Of a stretch of DNA of 64,000 nt, positions 54,013-62,985 are shown piece after piece. The translations under genes were made by a program, and so were the position numbers. Under the pieces are notes generated by a model. The model had not been told where the DNA came from and did not search any database. It saw nothing but the letters and a program-made list of their open reading frames with translations. How positions within the stretch are numbered: position 1 is the first letter of the stretch; each line of letters begins with the position of its first letter. Origin of the DNA: Bacillota bacterium (GTDB taxonomy: Bacteria; Bacillota; Clostridia; Christensenellales; SZUA-584); the NCBI GenBank assembly GCA_023436115.1, contig JAEZKQ010000030.1, positions 177,910-241,909 of the forward strand, in the 5' to 3' direction.

Positions 54013-54348
54013 GTGACAGTGCATAATGAAGTTGAACTACTTGGCGAGATGGTTGAAGCGGCAAGGTTAAGAAAGGCTCTCTCGCGATCGAAGCTTTCCG
54101 AACAGATTGGAGTGGGGGAACGACATATCTATGCAATAGAGCATGAAGGAGGAAATCCGAGTTATAGTGTTTTGCAGAAATTGATATACGCATTAGAGAT
54201 ATCCCCCGACGAAATTTTCTATCCTCAAAGCGAGCATACCAATCCAAAATTGGCGACTTTATTCAGGGCGATCCGCCGTCTTGACGACCGAGAAATCAAT
54301 ATAATCAAGACGATGGTGGACGCGCTTTTACAAAACAGGCCGGAATAG
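54013..54348 (+). CDS. XRE-family HTH transcriptional regulator (Tn916 Orf9-like position)
   Basis: ORF 53980..54348. GTG at 54013 or 54019 follows AAGGAGG. RLRKALSRSKLSEQIGVGERHIYAIEHEG is an HTH_3 motif. Confidence 0.75.
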   Translation: MTVHNEVELLGEMVEAARLRKALSRSKLSEQIGVGERHIYAIEHEGGNPSYSVLQKLIYALEISPDEIFYPQSEHTNPKLATLFRAIRRLDDREINIIKTMVDALLQNRPE

Positions 54349-55432
54349 CGGCTAAAAGAATACACACGCCAAAACTGCCGGCTGCGGCGAGAAAAGGGAT
54401 GGACAGCGTATAGCTCGAAGTCCCTTTTAATTCGGGCGGTAAAAATGACGGAAGTGATAAACTTACTACAAGGCCGATTAATGCTCCAAGAACAGAGACA
54501 ATAAGAGCATGAAGCAGAAATAACCGGGAGATGCTACGGTCTTTCATGCCTAACCATCGGAGCATCTCAAACGCTTGTTTTTGCCTCTCTAACATGACTG
54601 CCCGGTTAGCGGCTAACATCAGGGAAGCGCTTATTAGACAAAAAGCTGCGATTACAATCAGGTAGACCATCTCTTTCATTTCTGCGTCCCATTCTGTCTG
54701 CATTTGCTCGTTAGAATTAGTCACATTAAGGCCAAGCGCCGCAATCTGCTTTGACATGGCGTCAGCACATCCGATATTTGTAATGCGTACCCATGAGGCC
54801 TGTGCCGTTGTCGGCTGGTTACTTTCTCGTAACAGCTCTTTGGCAACAGACAGGCTGACATAAGCAGCGGGCTCCGCATTCTTTTCATCACCGTCCGAGA
54901 GTATGCCGCAAACCTTTGACGTTACGTTGCGGCTTCCCTCGCCTATACTGAGCGAATAACCTGCGTTCAGCCAATCGATGTCGGGCGTCTCTTTGCCAGC
55001 GTCCTTCTCTTCTTTCGCAAACTGTTTACACGCGGCTTCATTTAGCACGATATAAGGCATAACGCTGTCAGCGGGGAACATGCTGCCCTGCTTATAAGCG
55101 CCGTCGAGATAGCCTGTATCCATGCCTGTGAGCGTGAGCTGCGCGGTATATTCGCCTGTCTGAATCACTATAGGAACTTGCAGAATAGACGTGGCGGCTT
55201 TAACGTCCGCGATTTTCATTATATCGGCAATCATACTGTCCGTAACGCCCGCGTTACCCTGCGCTGACAATACCAGCTCATACGGCTGCGATTTTTCTTC
55301 CTGTACAGTGGTCAATATCGCGCCTGAAAAGCACAGGCAAAAGGCGGCGACGGCAAAGCCGATAACCGGCAGCACAGCCCATCGGCCTTTGAGGTTTTTA
55401 ACAGTCAGCCTTGTCAGATCAAATATCTTCAT
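54305..55432 (-). CDS. FtsX/MacB-type ABC transporter permease (N-terminal TM, large ectodomain, 3 C-terminal TMs)
   Basis: 375 aa; MKIFDLTRLTVKNLKGRW start is typical of the FtsX-like family. It overlaps the upstream gene by 14 nt. Confidence 0.75.
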   Translation of the reverse strand: MKIFDLTRLTVKNLKGRWAVLPVIGFAVAAFCLCFSGAILTTVQEEKSQPYELVLSAQGNAGVTDSMIADIMKIADVKAATSILQVPIVIQTGEYTAQLTLTGMDTGYLDGAYKQGSMFPADSVMPYIVLNEAACKQFAKEEKDAGKETPDIDWLNAGYSLSIGEGSRNVTSKVCGILSDGDEKNAEPAAYVSLSVAKELLRESNQPTTAQASWVRITNIGCADAMSKQIAALGLNVTNSNEQMQTEWDAEMKEMVYLIVIAAFCLISASLMLAANRAVMLERQKQAFEMLRWLGMKDRSISRLFLLHALIVSVLGALIGLVVSLSLPSFLPPELKGTSSYTLSIPFLAAAGSFGVCILLAAIPACFVKARPPSS

Positions 55433-56867
55433 TGTCCTTCACCTTGCGCTTAGTCCGAATAACCAGGAACGCTGCCAATCCTCCAATAGCAACAGCACCG
55501 ATTACGATAGATACCCACCATTGCCCGGCCTTTTCCGGTTCTTCTGCCGGCTCCGTGGAAGCCGCCACGATCACCGGCGGATTGATGGTCGTGGAGAATT
55601 CGACATCCTTGGTGTATTGCTGTCCGGCTTCGTCCTCGTAAATGAGCGTGATAACGCCGTTCGTATACCCGTATTTATCCTCACCTTCATATCCTTCTGT
55701 CATATTCTTGGTTCCGATGAACACGTCCATCTCTCCCGGCATGGCGGTTCCGGGTTCCATGTTGCCGATAAACGCCGTACCCGAAGGGATCAGGCCGGGC
55801 GCAGAAAGCTCACAGCGGACGTTATATACCTTGCTACGCCCCATGTTCATCACTTGGAATGTAAGGGGCAGCGTGTCTCCGGCATTGACCTCGGGCGCGA
55901 TCTGCGGTATTTCCATCTCCACGCGCAGCGGCTGGCTGACCTGTACGGCGACGGTTCCGGTTGAAGTCAGCGGCGTGGCGTCGGTATTGTCATATCCGAT
56001 GGCCAGCGTGATGTTGTACCGCTGTGCGGGCGTTTCGAGGTCGGTCTTGTATTTCAGTTCGATTTCCGTCGTTTTGCCCTTGCCGAGCTTGCCTATATAA
56101 AAGGTGTCGCTGTCGTTTTGCAGCGAGAAATTCGGAGATTCGCAGGATGCCGTCACGACCATGTTCTGCACGGATTTCGTTTCGCTGGTATTTTTCAATG
56201 TGATAGACACCGTGAATTCCTCGCCAGCTATGGCAGGCGAAGGGTTAACGCTGTATCCGCTGATGATGATCTTAGGCTGTGACGTAGGCTTTTCCGGCTC
56301 CGGTGTAGGCGTTGTGGCGTTCGGGTCTTTGCCGTCCGTGATGGTCACATAACAGGTGAAGCTCTTTTGTACGGAGCTGCCGTCCGGGGTCTGCGCCTGC
56401 ACGTCGATGGTCACGGGGTAAACGCCGTTGACTCTACCCGAAGCAAGTGAAAGATCAAAGCGTACTAAGTACGAAGGAACCGTACCGCCCCCGGCCACGG
56501 CATTATCCTGTAAGTACACAGTCTTCTGATAATTCCTGTAAACAAATGGGGATGATGCCGTATCTCCAAGGTTAGGTGTAACCGTAATAGCGTTGTCCTT
56601 TATTTCGCCGTCTGCAATCAGAGGGAGCACCACCGTTGCAATCCCGTCTTTCACGTCCGGGGTATATCCATCCTTATAAGCCTTATCCATGCCGTCATAG
56701 GCATGCGTGTTATCAATATCAAGGTTTACCGCCGCAACAAGCTCCGTAGGTGATTCGGTAGGTTCCACAGTAGGGGTTGGCGTCGGCTCGCCTTCAGCCA
56801 GCGCAGCCGCAGGCCATATCAATACCAGCATGAGTATCACAGCAAGTAAAACGCATAATCTTTTCAT
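55419..56867 (-). CDS. Secreted, C-terminally membrane-anchored protein with Pro/Thr linkers and CARDB/COG1361-like beta-sandwich repeats
   Basis: 482 aa; signal peptide MKRLCVLLAVILMLVLIWPAAALA, PTPTPTVEPTESPTE linkers, and a C-terminal TM WWVSIVIGAVAIGGLAAFLVIRTKRK. Confidence 0.6.
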   Translation of the reverse strand: MKRLCVLLAVILMLVLIWPAAALAEGEPTPTPTVEPTESPTELVAAVNLDIDNTHAYDGMDKAYKDGYTPDVKDGIATVVLPLIADGEIKDNAITVTPNLGDTASSPFVYRNYQKTVYLQDNAVAGGGTVPSYLVRFDLSLASGRVNGVYPVTIDVQAQTPDGSSVQKSFTCYVTITDGKDPNATTPTPEPEKPTSQPKIIISGYSVNPSPAIAGEEFTVSITLKNTSETKSVQNMVVTASCESPNFSLQNDSDTFYIGKLGKGKTTEIELKYKTDLETPAQRYNITLAIGYDNTDATPLTSTGTVAVQVSQPLRVEMEIPQIAPEVNAGDTLPLTFQVMNMGRSKVYNVRCELSAPGLIPSGTAFIGNMEPGTAMPGEMDVFIGTKNMTEGYEGEDKYGYTNGVITLIYEDEAGQQYTKDVEFSTTINPPVIVAASTEPAEEPEKAGQWWVSIVIGAVAIGGLAAFLVIRTKRKVKDNEDI

Positions 56868-57541
56868 TGCACTGTTTCCTCCTGTATCTTTCCGCGCTCA
56901 AGGTTCATCGTTCTGTCAGCGCATATCAGCCCGTTTTTTTCTCCTGAAAATTCAAGTATGACACACTCCCCGAACTGTGACAGCGCGTACAGTATGCCTT
57001 TGATCTGTTCTACATCCCTTTCGGGCAGGCCGGCCGCAGCATCGTCCAGCAGCAGAATCTGCGGCTGCGCGATGAGCGCCCGCGCAATGGACGCCAGCTT
57101 TGCTTCCAGTATCGAAAGCTGCGTCGGACGCGCATTTACGGTATGCGCAAGCCCAAGGGTTTTTAGCTGTTCTTGCGCCGTTTTCTCTCTTTGCGCGAGC
57201 GGTATGCCCCGAATCATAAGCGGCAGTGCCACATTTTCCAGCACCGTCAGGCTTTCCATAAACGCGGGATGCCTTGCGATCAGCCCTATATGTCGGCTTC
57301 GGAAAACCGCCGCCGTGTCCGCATCCATATCATGCACGGCCTTGTCCAGTACAAACACCTTGCCGCTGTTCGGGCGCTCCATGCCCGCAATCAACCGTGT
57401 CAGCGTGGTTTTGCCGCTGCCGGACGCGCCACAAATGGTCACGCGCTCTTTTTCCTGAATGGCAAGGCTGACGCCGTTGATTGCCCGCCGGTTGCCGGTA
57501 AGCATTTTGATGACGTTTTCAAGCCTGATGATTTCGCTCAT
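56864..57541 (-). CDS. ABC ATPase-like protein with degenerate catalytic motifs (MacB/LolD-type fold)
   Basis: Start MSEIIRLENV at 57541 (ATGA overlap). Walker A GASGSGKT is intact. The signature is LSILE instead of LSGGQ, Walker B is LLLDDAAAGL (no catalytic Glu), and there is no H-loop His or Q-loop Gln. Confidence 0.7.
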   Translation of the reverse strand: MSEIIRLENVIKMLTGNRRAINGVSLAIQEKERVTICGASGSGKTTLTRLIAGMERPNSGKVFVLDKAVHDMDADTAAVFRSRHIGLIARHPAFMESLTVLENVALPLMIRGIPLAQREKTAQEQLKTLGLAHTVNARPTQLSILEAKLASIARALIAQPQILLLDDAAAGLPERDVEQIKGILYALSQFGECVILEFSGEKNGLICADRTMNLERGKIQEETVQ

Positions 57542-58182
57542 ATCCTCACCACCGTCAATATCCCTGCGTCCATTTCGCAGACCGTATCGCAAAGCTCATC
57601 GATGTCCGCCTGGTTATGGCTGGCGAGGATAATCGTCTTGCCTTGTTCCCGCAGCCCTTTGATCAGACCGCGCATATGCTTCACTCCGCTTTTATCGAGA
57701 CCGTTGAGCGGCTCGTCCAATATCAATATGGAGGGGTTCTCCATGATGGCTTGCGCGATTCCAAGCCTTTGGCGCATACCGAGCGAGTATTTACCCACCG
57801 GCTTTTTCATGTCGGGGTCAAGTCCCACGCGCCGTATGGTTTGCCTGATGATATCGTCGCTAATTTTCTTTTGAAGCGAGGCAAGTATCTGGAGGTTCTT
57901 CATTCCCGAAGCGTTCGGCAGAAAGCCCGGCGTTTCAATGATGATGCCGATATCTTCGGGGAAATCGCAATCCTTCCCGACCTGTTTATAACGGACAAGT
58001 ATTTTTCCTTTCGTCGGAATAAGAAACCCGCAGATGCACTTCATGAGTACAGTCTTGCCACTGCCGTTATTGCCCACGATGCCATGTATTTTGCCTTCTT
58101 CAAAGTCGTGAGAAACGCCGGTCAGCACCGTATCTTCACCGAAGCGTTTATATACGTCCTGCACGCTGATGGCTACATCCAT
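57538..58182 (-). CDS. ABC transporter ATP-binding protein (ABC-2/BcrA-like), canonical motifs
   Basis: 214 aa; GNNGSGKT, YSLGMRQRLGIAQAI, ILILDEPLNGLD, ASHN. Confidence 0.9.
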   Translation of the reverse strand: MDVAISVQDVYKRFGEDTVLTGVSHDFEEGKIHGIVGNNGSGKTVLMKCICGFLIPTKGKILVRYKQVGKDCDFPEDIGIIIETPGFLPNASGMKNLQILASLQKKISDDIIRQTIRRVGLDPDMKKPVGKYSLGMRQRLGIAQAIMENPSILILDEPLNGLDKSGVKHMRGLIKGLREQGKTIILASHNQADIDELCDTVCEMDAGILTVVRI

Positions 58183-59082
58183 TTATACATTCTCCGTTCC
58201 TGTAAAGTTAAAGTTGTACCGGCGCACCGCCAGCAATGTCAGGAAAAAACACAACGCGATCAGCACGCCGAATATCGCATAGGTCATCCACAATCGCGGC
58301 AGCAGGTCATACCCGAAATTGTGCATATGGTAAGTCGCATGGTTCAGTGGCGACAGCCAGCCAACTGCGACGTTTGCTTTGTAGACAAGCTCATCGGGGA
58401 GCTGGAATATGGTTTTCAGCGTTTGGGGATTTAACAGGAACCCATATAAGCTGAATGCGAATACGCTGATCACGCCCGCAAGCTGCCCCTTATAGATATT
58501 GAAGGCGAGCATAATGAACGCCATAAGCAGCGTGTAGAGCAGCATGAGCAGGAAGATCGTTCCCATGCACGCATATGGCGTGCTCATCTCCAATGTCTTC
58601 ACCAGTGCCGGCAGCGCTACCGCCTTGCCCGCGCCGGAGTAACCGAGTATCGCCGCCGTTTCAGACCACATATTGCCCACAAAGGATTGCGTCATACAGA
58701 CGAGCGAAGTTGACGCAAGGATGAACACAAGGTAGAGGCTTGTCGCGCCGATGATGTATATGGCCTGTCCCGTCACCCAGGTCTTGCGGTCAATGCGCGA
58801 AAGGTAATACGGCGTACCAGCCGAGAGAAACGGCATGTCCGCGAACAGCAGCAACAGCAGCAGCGACGAAAGCAGGATGGAGTTGGAATCCCCGAACGTC
58901 CAGACGAACGCTTCCACGATCTGCATGGTGGTTTCATATTCCCGCGCGAACTTGACCGCTTTGTCCGAAAGCAGAAAGCACAGGATGAACGCCAGTGCGA
59001 ACGTAATGAATACGCGGGGATTTTTATTCCATTGGCGGAAATTATACGCCGCCACGGAAAGGGCTTGTTTGATCATTTTCAT
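58183..59082 (-). CDS. ABC-2-type integral membrane protein
   Basis: The likely start is MKMIKQALSVAAYNFRQW at 59082 (ATGA overlap with the upstream stop). About 6 TMs. Confidence 0.65.
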   Translation of the reverse strand: MKMIKQALSVAAYNFRQWNKNPRVFITFALAFILCFLLSDKAVKFAREYETTMQIVEAFVWTFGDSNSILLSSLLLLLLFADMPFLSAGTPYYLSRIDRKTWVTGQAIYIIGATSLYLVFILASTSLVCMTQSFVGNMWSETAAILGYSGAGKAVALPALVKTLEMSTPYACMGTIFLLMLLYTLLMAFIMLAFNIYKGQLAGVISVFAFSLYGFLLNPQTLKTIFQLPDELVYKANVAVGWLSPLNHATYHMHNFGYDLLPRLWMTYAIFGVLIALCFFLTLLAVRRYNFNFTGTENV

Positions 59083-59843
59083 ATCTGCCGAATTCTCCTT
59101 CCAGCGGCAAAACCAAACGCGAGCGAGACGATAAACGACAGCTCCAGCAGAAGCAGGATCACTCCGAAAATGCCCATCACCCAAAAATCCGAAGGATTGA
59201 GCCATTCTTTTGGATACAGTACATACAGGGCGTCAAAGTACCGCTCGTTTAAGATGATGAGCACGTAGTACAGAATAAATGGCGATGCATACGCCATATA
59301 CTTGCTGTTGGTCAGCGTAGCGAAGGTCATGCCGAGTACCGACCAGAACGCGCCGGAACAAAAGAACAGCAGCGAGCGAGTCAAAAGTTCTGCGAAATAC
59401 GGCTGCGCCATTTCACCCTCCGCGAGCGCGGCTTCCATCGGTGTAAACGCCAATGCCGATATGCCATAGGCGAGCAGTATCCCGACTACCAGCGTCAGCC
59501 CGCCCGATAGGGCGCAGGCGGCGAGCTTGCCGAAAATGTAATCTTTAACCGTGGTGCGGTGCAGATACTGCTTGATAAAGCCGCTTTTGATGTCGTCTAC
59601 AAAGGAAGCGGTATAAGGCAGGGCGCAGAGAATAGGCAGTGCCAGCGTCATGCCTTCTGCGGACAGCGCCGAGAGAACCAGCGTCGCGTGGAAACCGTTC
59701 GCTTGCAGTGCGTCCGCGCGGAACGCCCCAATGATGCTTTCCGTGGAGGAAAGGAAAACGACCAGCACAATACCGATCACGCCGATGAAAAAGCCACGGC
59801 TGAGAATGGCTTGCTTGATATTTGAAGCGATTGTGCTTTTCAT
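59079..59843 (-). CDS. ABC-2-type integral membrane protein
   Basis: 254 aa, about 6 TMs. RBS AGGAGGAAC. Confidence 0.65.
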   Translation of the reverse strand: MKSTIASNIKQAILSRGFFIGVIGIVLVVFLSSTESIIGAFRADALQANGFHATLVLSALSAEGMTLALPILCALPYTASFVDDIKSGFIKQYLHRTTVKDYIFGKLAACALSGGLTLVVGILLAYGISALAFTPMEAALAEGEMAQPYFAELLTRSLLFFCSGAFWSVLGMTFATLTNSKYMAYASPFILYYVLIILNERYFDALYVLYPKEWLNPSDFWVMGIFGVILLLLELSFIVSLAFGFAAGRRIRQI

Positions 59844-59857
59844 ACGCCGTTCCTCCT

Positions 59858-59921
59858 GTTACACATATCGTAGTCTGTGACTGCACAACAAGTATTCATC
59901 AAAATGTAAGCAACTTGTAAT
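59858..59921 (-). promoter_or_regulatory. Putative BlaI-type operator pair upstream of the six-gene ABC operon
   Basis: The minus strand reads ATTACAAGTTGCTTACA (59921-59905) ... ACTACGATATGTGTAAC (59874-59858). These are similar TACAAG/GTAAC half-sites to those upstream of blaI. Confidence 0.4.
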
Positions 59922-59940
59922 TTGGGCTGCTTTTTGGGGC

Positions 59941-59987
59941 AAAAGAAAAGCAGGCAAGGACATTTTCCATACGCTCTCATGCCTGCT
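59941..59987 (-). terminator. Rho-independent terminator after the BlaR1-like gene
   Basis: Minus strand: AGCAGGCA (23-nt loop) TGCCTGCT followed by TTTCTTTTG. Confidence 0.55.
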
Positions 59988-60000
59988 TGTTATGACAAAA

Positions 60001-62415
60001 TCAATAACCTAATCCCCGGTCGATGACGCTGCCATCAATGGCATTAAGCGTCAGGAGCGATATTTTTGTACTATCAGAGGAGCCATAGTCACCTAAAAAA
60101 TCCCATACCGGCAGGTAGTAATATTCACTGGTTGAGTCCTTCTTGGCAACCCGCATCATTCCAAGAGTCACGCGGTTGATGCTAACCTCTAATAAATCCC
60201 TATATCCTCGCCCTATAAGGTCTTCTTCAGTAAATAAACGCGGTAATTGTGCAGACGCAATACCCTTTATCTCATCATATGATAACAATGCGACATTACT
60301 GTTAATGGTTTCTCCGATTTCAGGCGGGTTTTCCCACTTAAAACCGATAATGCCGGTATCGTCTATCATAAACTCGATTTCTTCCGGGTTCCACGGTTCA
60401 CGGTATTCTGCACCATCCACACCAAACGCCATAGTTCCGGTGTGTTCGGTTATCGTATGGCAGGGTATACCGCCAATCATTCGCTCAAGCGTGATCATAT
60501 AACAATCTTTTTCCGCGCCGGCAGTTCCCCAATGGACAGATAATACCGAAACATCCTCCATACCCAGGCTTCTCATAAAATCAATTGCTGTTTGCTGCGC
60601 CTCCACGACGGTTATGTCCAAAGTTAATGACTTTTCCGCTTGTAGTTCGCCAGTATCGGAATAAACATTGCCATGCCAGTTACGATATTCAATCAAACTG
60701 ATATTAGACTCTGAATTGCTGTAAGCATTAAAAGTCGCGGGGATATCCTGCCCGTCCTGTGCGTAGAACCCTAATGCGCCGGTTTCTTCACTCCGAGTCA
60801 ACTTGATCTCGTTGATCTTCTCCGCCGTATCCGGCGTATCGTTATACTCTTGTTCAACTTTTTCCAACTTCTCCTCATAGAATTCGATAGTGCCTTCAAC
60901 ATCATCCGCTTTTTCACCTGCGCCCGATCCCATATGTAATTCTGAGTATGTTCCGTCTCTTTTTAAGCTTTCTATATCCGCTCTTAATGAAATAATGTAT
61001 CTTTCGAGCTCGCTTTTATCCACAGTATATTGATAAAGCTGTTGATTTCCATATAGTGCTTCCACAGCCTTAACGATTTCTTCATCGTTGAAATAGTGCG
61101 GTTTAACGGACACTACGGAAGCATTTGTAACATTCGGCACTTCAACAGGCGCGTCAACCAATATTTTGACTTCTTTATCTGCGCTCTGAAGTTCCTCAGT
61201 CCAACGCTCATCATACTCAATGGTCGTTCCGGGCAGTGCTTCAGTATGAATGGCTGATTCTAACGTATCATCGTTTTTACCTATGACGGCTTCACTTTCC
61301 GGCGTGGGCTGGCAGGCCGTCGTGAAGCAGACCACCAGCATCATCATGGCTAGTGCAAGCGAGACTACCACTGTCGACCTGGATTTCTTTTGGGGAGCCA
61401 CCATCTTGAGGATTCGCTCTTTCAGATTCGATTTGCTTTCGCATAGGGATGTTACAAGCGCAGGTATGCTACGCTGCTTCATAAAGCGCGTGGCCATCAG
61501 CAGCGATTCGCAGTATTTAGCCTCTTGTCCTGTTTTCATCAGAGAAAGCACCCGCTGGTCACAGGCAAATTCCATATCCTTTCTGATCATTCTGAGGCTT
61601 AACCACACAAGGGGATTGAACCAGTGCAGCGCCTTCGCCAGCACGTACACATAGCTTTTCAGAATGTCGTTGCGTTTAATATGGCACACCTCGTGCAGCA
61701 GGATGGCCTCCAGATGCTCCCGGCCGAGTTCCTCTGTCATGCGTGCGGGCAGCAAAATGTGGGGATGCCACACACCAAAGGCCAGCGGCATCTGGATGGT
61801 GGAGCAGGCCGAAACACGGATGTTCCGCCGCAAGCGATTGACTCTCCTGTGCGCAGCAACAATACCGAGTATTTCGGCATCATCCAATGGCTGGCTGCTC
61901 CTTCGTATGCGAAGGCCGAAGGTGATGCTTTCCTTAAGGACGGACGCCAATACGATGGTGCCGCCGATCAACCAGGCGATGGTGGCGACCAGCCATAGAT
62001 CAAGGGATTTAACAAATGCCAACGCCTGCTCATAAAAGGCAACCGTCTGCGGCTCGCCGGCAGCGGAATGATTATGGCTGGAGTCTGCCGAAGATGATGC
62101 AGCCTTACTGTCAGTCAGCGTATGATTAGCCGTATTATTCTCATAGAAACTGGTGGCGTCGTTTTGAGACACAGGTTGCTCGGCTGTTTGCCGCATTTCC
62201 ACCGAGGCAGGGAACAGCGCGTCTATATGTGCCGGGCTTTCCAGCATCCCCGGCAGGCACAGGCGGGCAATCACCAGCAGCCAGAGAAAAGAGACAACCT
62301 TGATGTTGATCCGATCCTTTGCGATTTTTCTGATCAGCAGCACGACGACGATCATGGCCGAAGCAAAGAGGGATACCTCCAAAATGCCCTGGAAAAAGGT
62401 TATCAAGCCGTTCAT
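60001..62415 (-). CDS. BlaR1/MecR1-family M56 peptidase sensor with a large non-PBP extracellular C-terminal domain
   Basis: 804 aa; N-terminal 4-TM M56 domain with HEVCHIKRND, an extra TM (STVVVSLALAMMMLVVCFTTAC), then a ~430-aa ectodomain ending LTLNAIDGSVIDRGLGY. Confidence 0.8.
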   Translation of the reverse strand: MNGLITFFQGILEVSLFASAMIVVVLLIRKIAKDRINIKVVSFLWLLVIARLCLPGMLESPAHIDALFPASVEMRQTAEQPVSQNDATSFYENNTANHTLTDSKAASSSADSSHNHSAAGEPQTVAFYEQALAFVKSLDLWLVATIAWLIGGTIVLASVLKESITFGLRIRRSSQPLDDAEILGIVAAHRRVNRLRRNIRVSACSTIQMPLAFGVWHPHILLPARMTEELGREHLEAILLHEVCHIKRNDILKSYVYVLAKALHWFNPLVWLSLRMIRKDMEFACDQRVLSLMKTGQEAKYCESLLMATRFMKQRSIPALVTSLCESKSNLKERILKMVAPQKKSRSTVVVSLALAMMMLVVCFTTACQPTPESEAVIGKNDDTLESAIHTEALPGTTIEYDERWTEELQSADKEVKILVDAPVEVPNVTNASVVSVKPHYFNDEEIVKAVEALYGNQQLYQYTVDKSELERYIISLRADIESLKRDGTYSELHMGSGAGEKADDVEGTIEFYEEKLEKVEQEYNDTPDTAEKINEIKLTRSEETGALGFYAQDGQDIPATFNAYSNSESNISLIEYRNWHGNVYSDTGELQAEKSLTLDITVVEAQQTAIDFMRSLGMEDVSVLSVHWGTAGAEKDCYMITLERMIGGIPCHTITEHTGTMAFGVDGAEYREPWNPEEIEFMIDDTGIIGFKWENPPEIGETINSNVALLSYDEIKGIASAQLPRLFTEEDLIGRGYRDLLEVSINRVTLGMMRVAKKDSTSEYYYLPVWDFLGDYGSSDSTKISLLTLNAIDGSVIDRGLGY

Positions 62416-62417
62416 GA

Positions 62418-62810
62418 TTATTCCTCCTTCCGCGCGTGCCGCCTGAGGATCGCTTCGAGCTCACTGAGTTCCTGATCGCTCACGCTTTCATCTTCCAGCA
62501 GCCCGGCCACCAATTGCGGCAGGCGACCGCTGTAATACCGCTGCAAATGACCTTTGGTCTGGCTGGCGATATAATCCTCTCGGGAGACGGTGGCGCAGTA
62601 CCAATAGAGCCTTTCGTTATGCTCGTCCCGATCTGCCGCGGCAACTCCTTTGGCGATCAGCCGCTTGAGAAAGGTGCGCACCGTCTCATTGGCCCAACCC
62701 TTGCTCTCTTTGAGTTCATCCGCTATCGCTGAGCTTTTCGCTTTGCCGTCCCGCCACAGTATTTCCATGACCAGCCATTCGTTATCGGATATCGTTTCAT
62801 ATTGCTTCAT
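62418..62810 (-). CDS. blaI: BlaI/MecI/CopY family transcriptional repressor
   Basis: 130 aa; ISDNEWLVMEILW...TVRTFLKRLIAKG winged helix. Confidence 0.85.
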   Translation of the reverse strand: MKQYETISDNEWLVMEILWRDGKAKSSAIADELKESKGWANETVRTFLKRLIAKGVAAADRDEHNERLYWYCATVSREDYIASQTKGHLQRYYSGRLPQLVAGLLEDESVSDQELSELEAILRRHARKEE

Positions 62811-62825
62811 GCCGTATTCTCCTTT

Positions 62826-62877
62826 GGCTACGCATTGTAACTATTATTAGGTTACGCCTTGTAGCCTTATTTGTCAA
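62826..62877 (-). promoter_or_regulatory. Promoter with a 41-bp composite palindrome operator upstream of blaI
   Basis: GGCTACgcatTGTAAC tattatta GGTTACgcctTGTAGCC (62826-62866). On the minus strand, TTGACA (62877-62872) lies 17 nt before TAACCT, so the dyads cover the spacer/-10 region. Confidence 0.5.
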
Positions 62878-62924
62878 GAGGATTTTAATAAATTCGTAAT
62901 ATTTACATATTGGAGCGACGGCAA

Positions 62925-62966
62925 ATTAAAAAGCAGGCATGGGCATTTCATGCGGCCACGCCTGCT
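62925..62966 (-). terminator. Rho-independent terminator after 62986..64000
   Basis: Minus strand: AGCAGGC (21-nt loop) GCCTGCT followed by TTTTTAATTT. Confidence 0.55.
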
Positions 62967-62985
62967 TATCTATCTGCTTATTTGT

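Noticed and set aside
55191-58434. Long plus-strand ORFs (257, 152, 233 and 272 aa, etc.) across the cargo region
   Set aside because: All lie antisense to well-supported minus-strand genes in DNA that looks GC-rich, where stop codons are rare. Their products are Arg/Pro/Ala-rich with no motifs. These are classic shadow ORFs.
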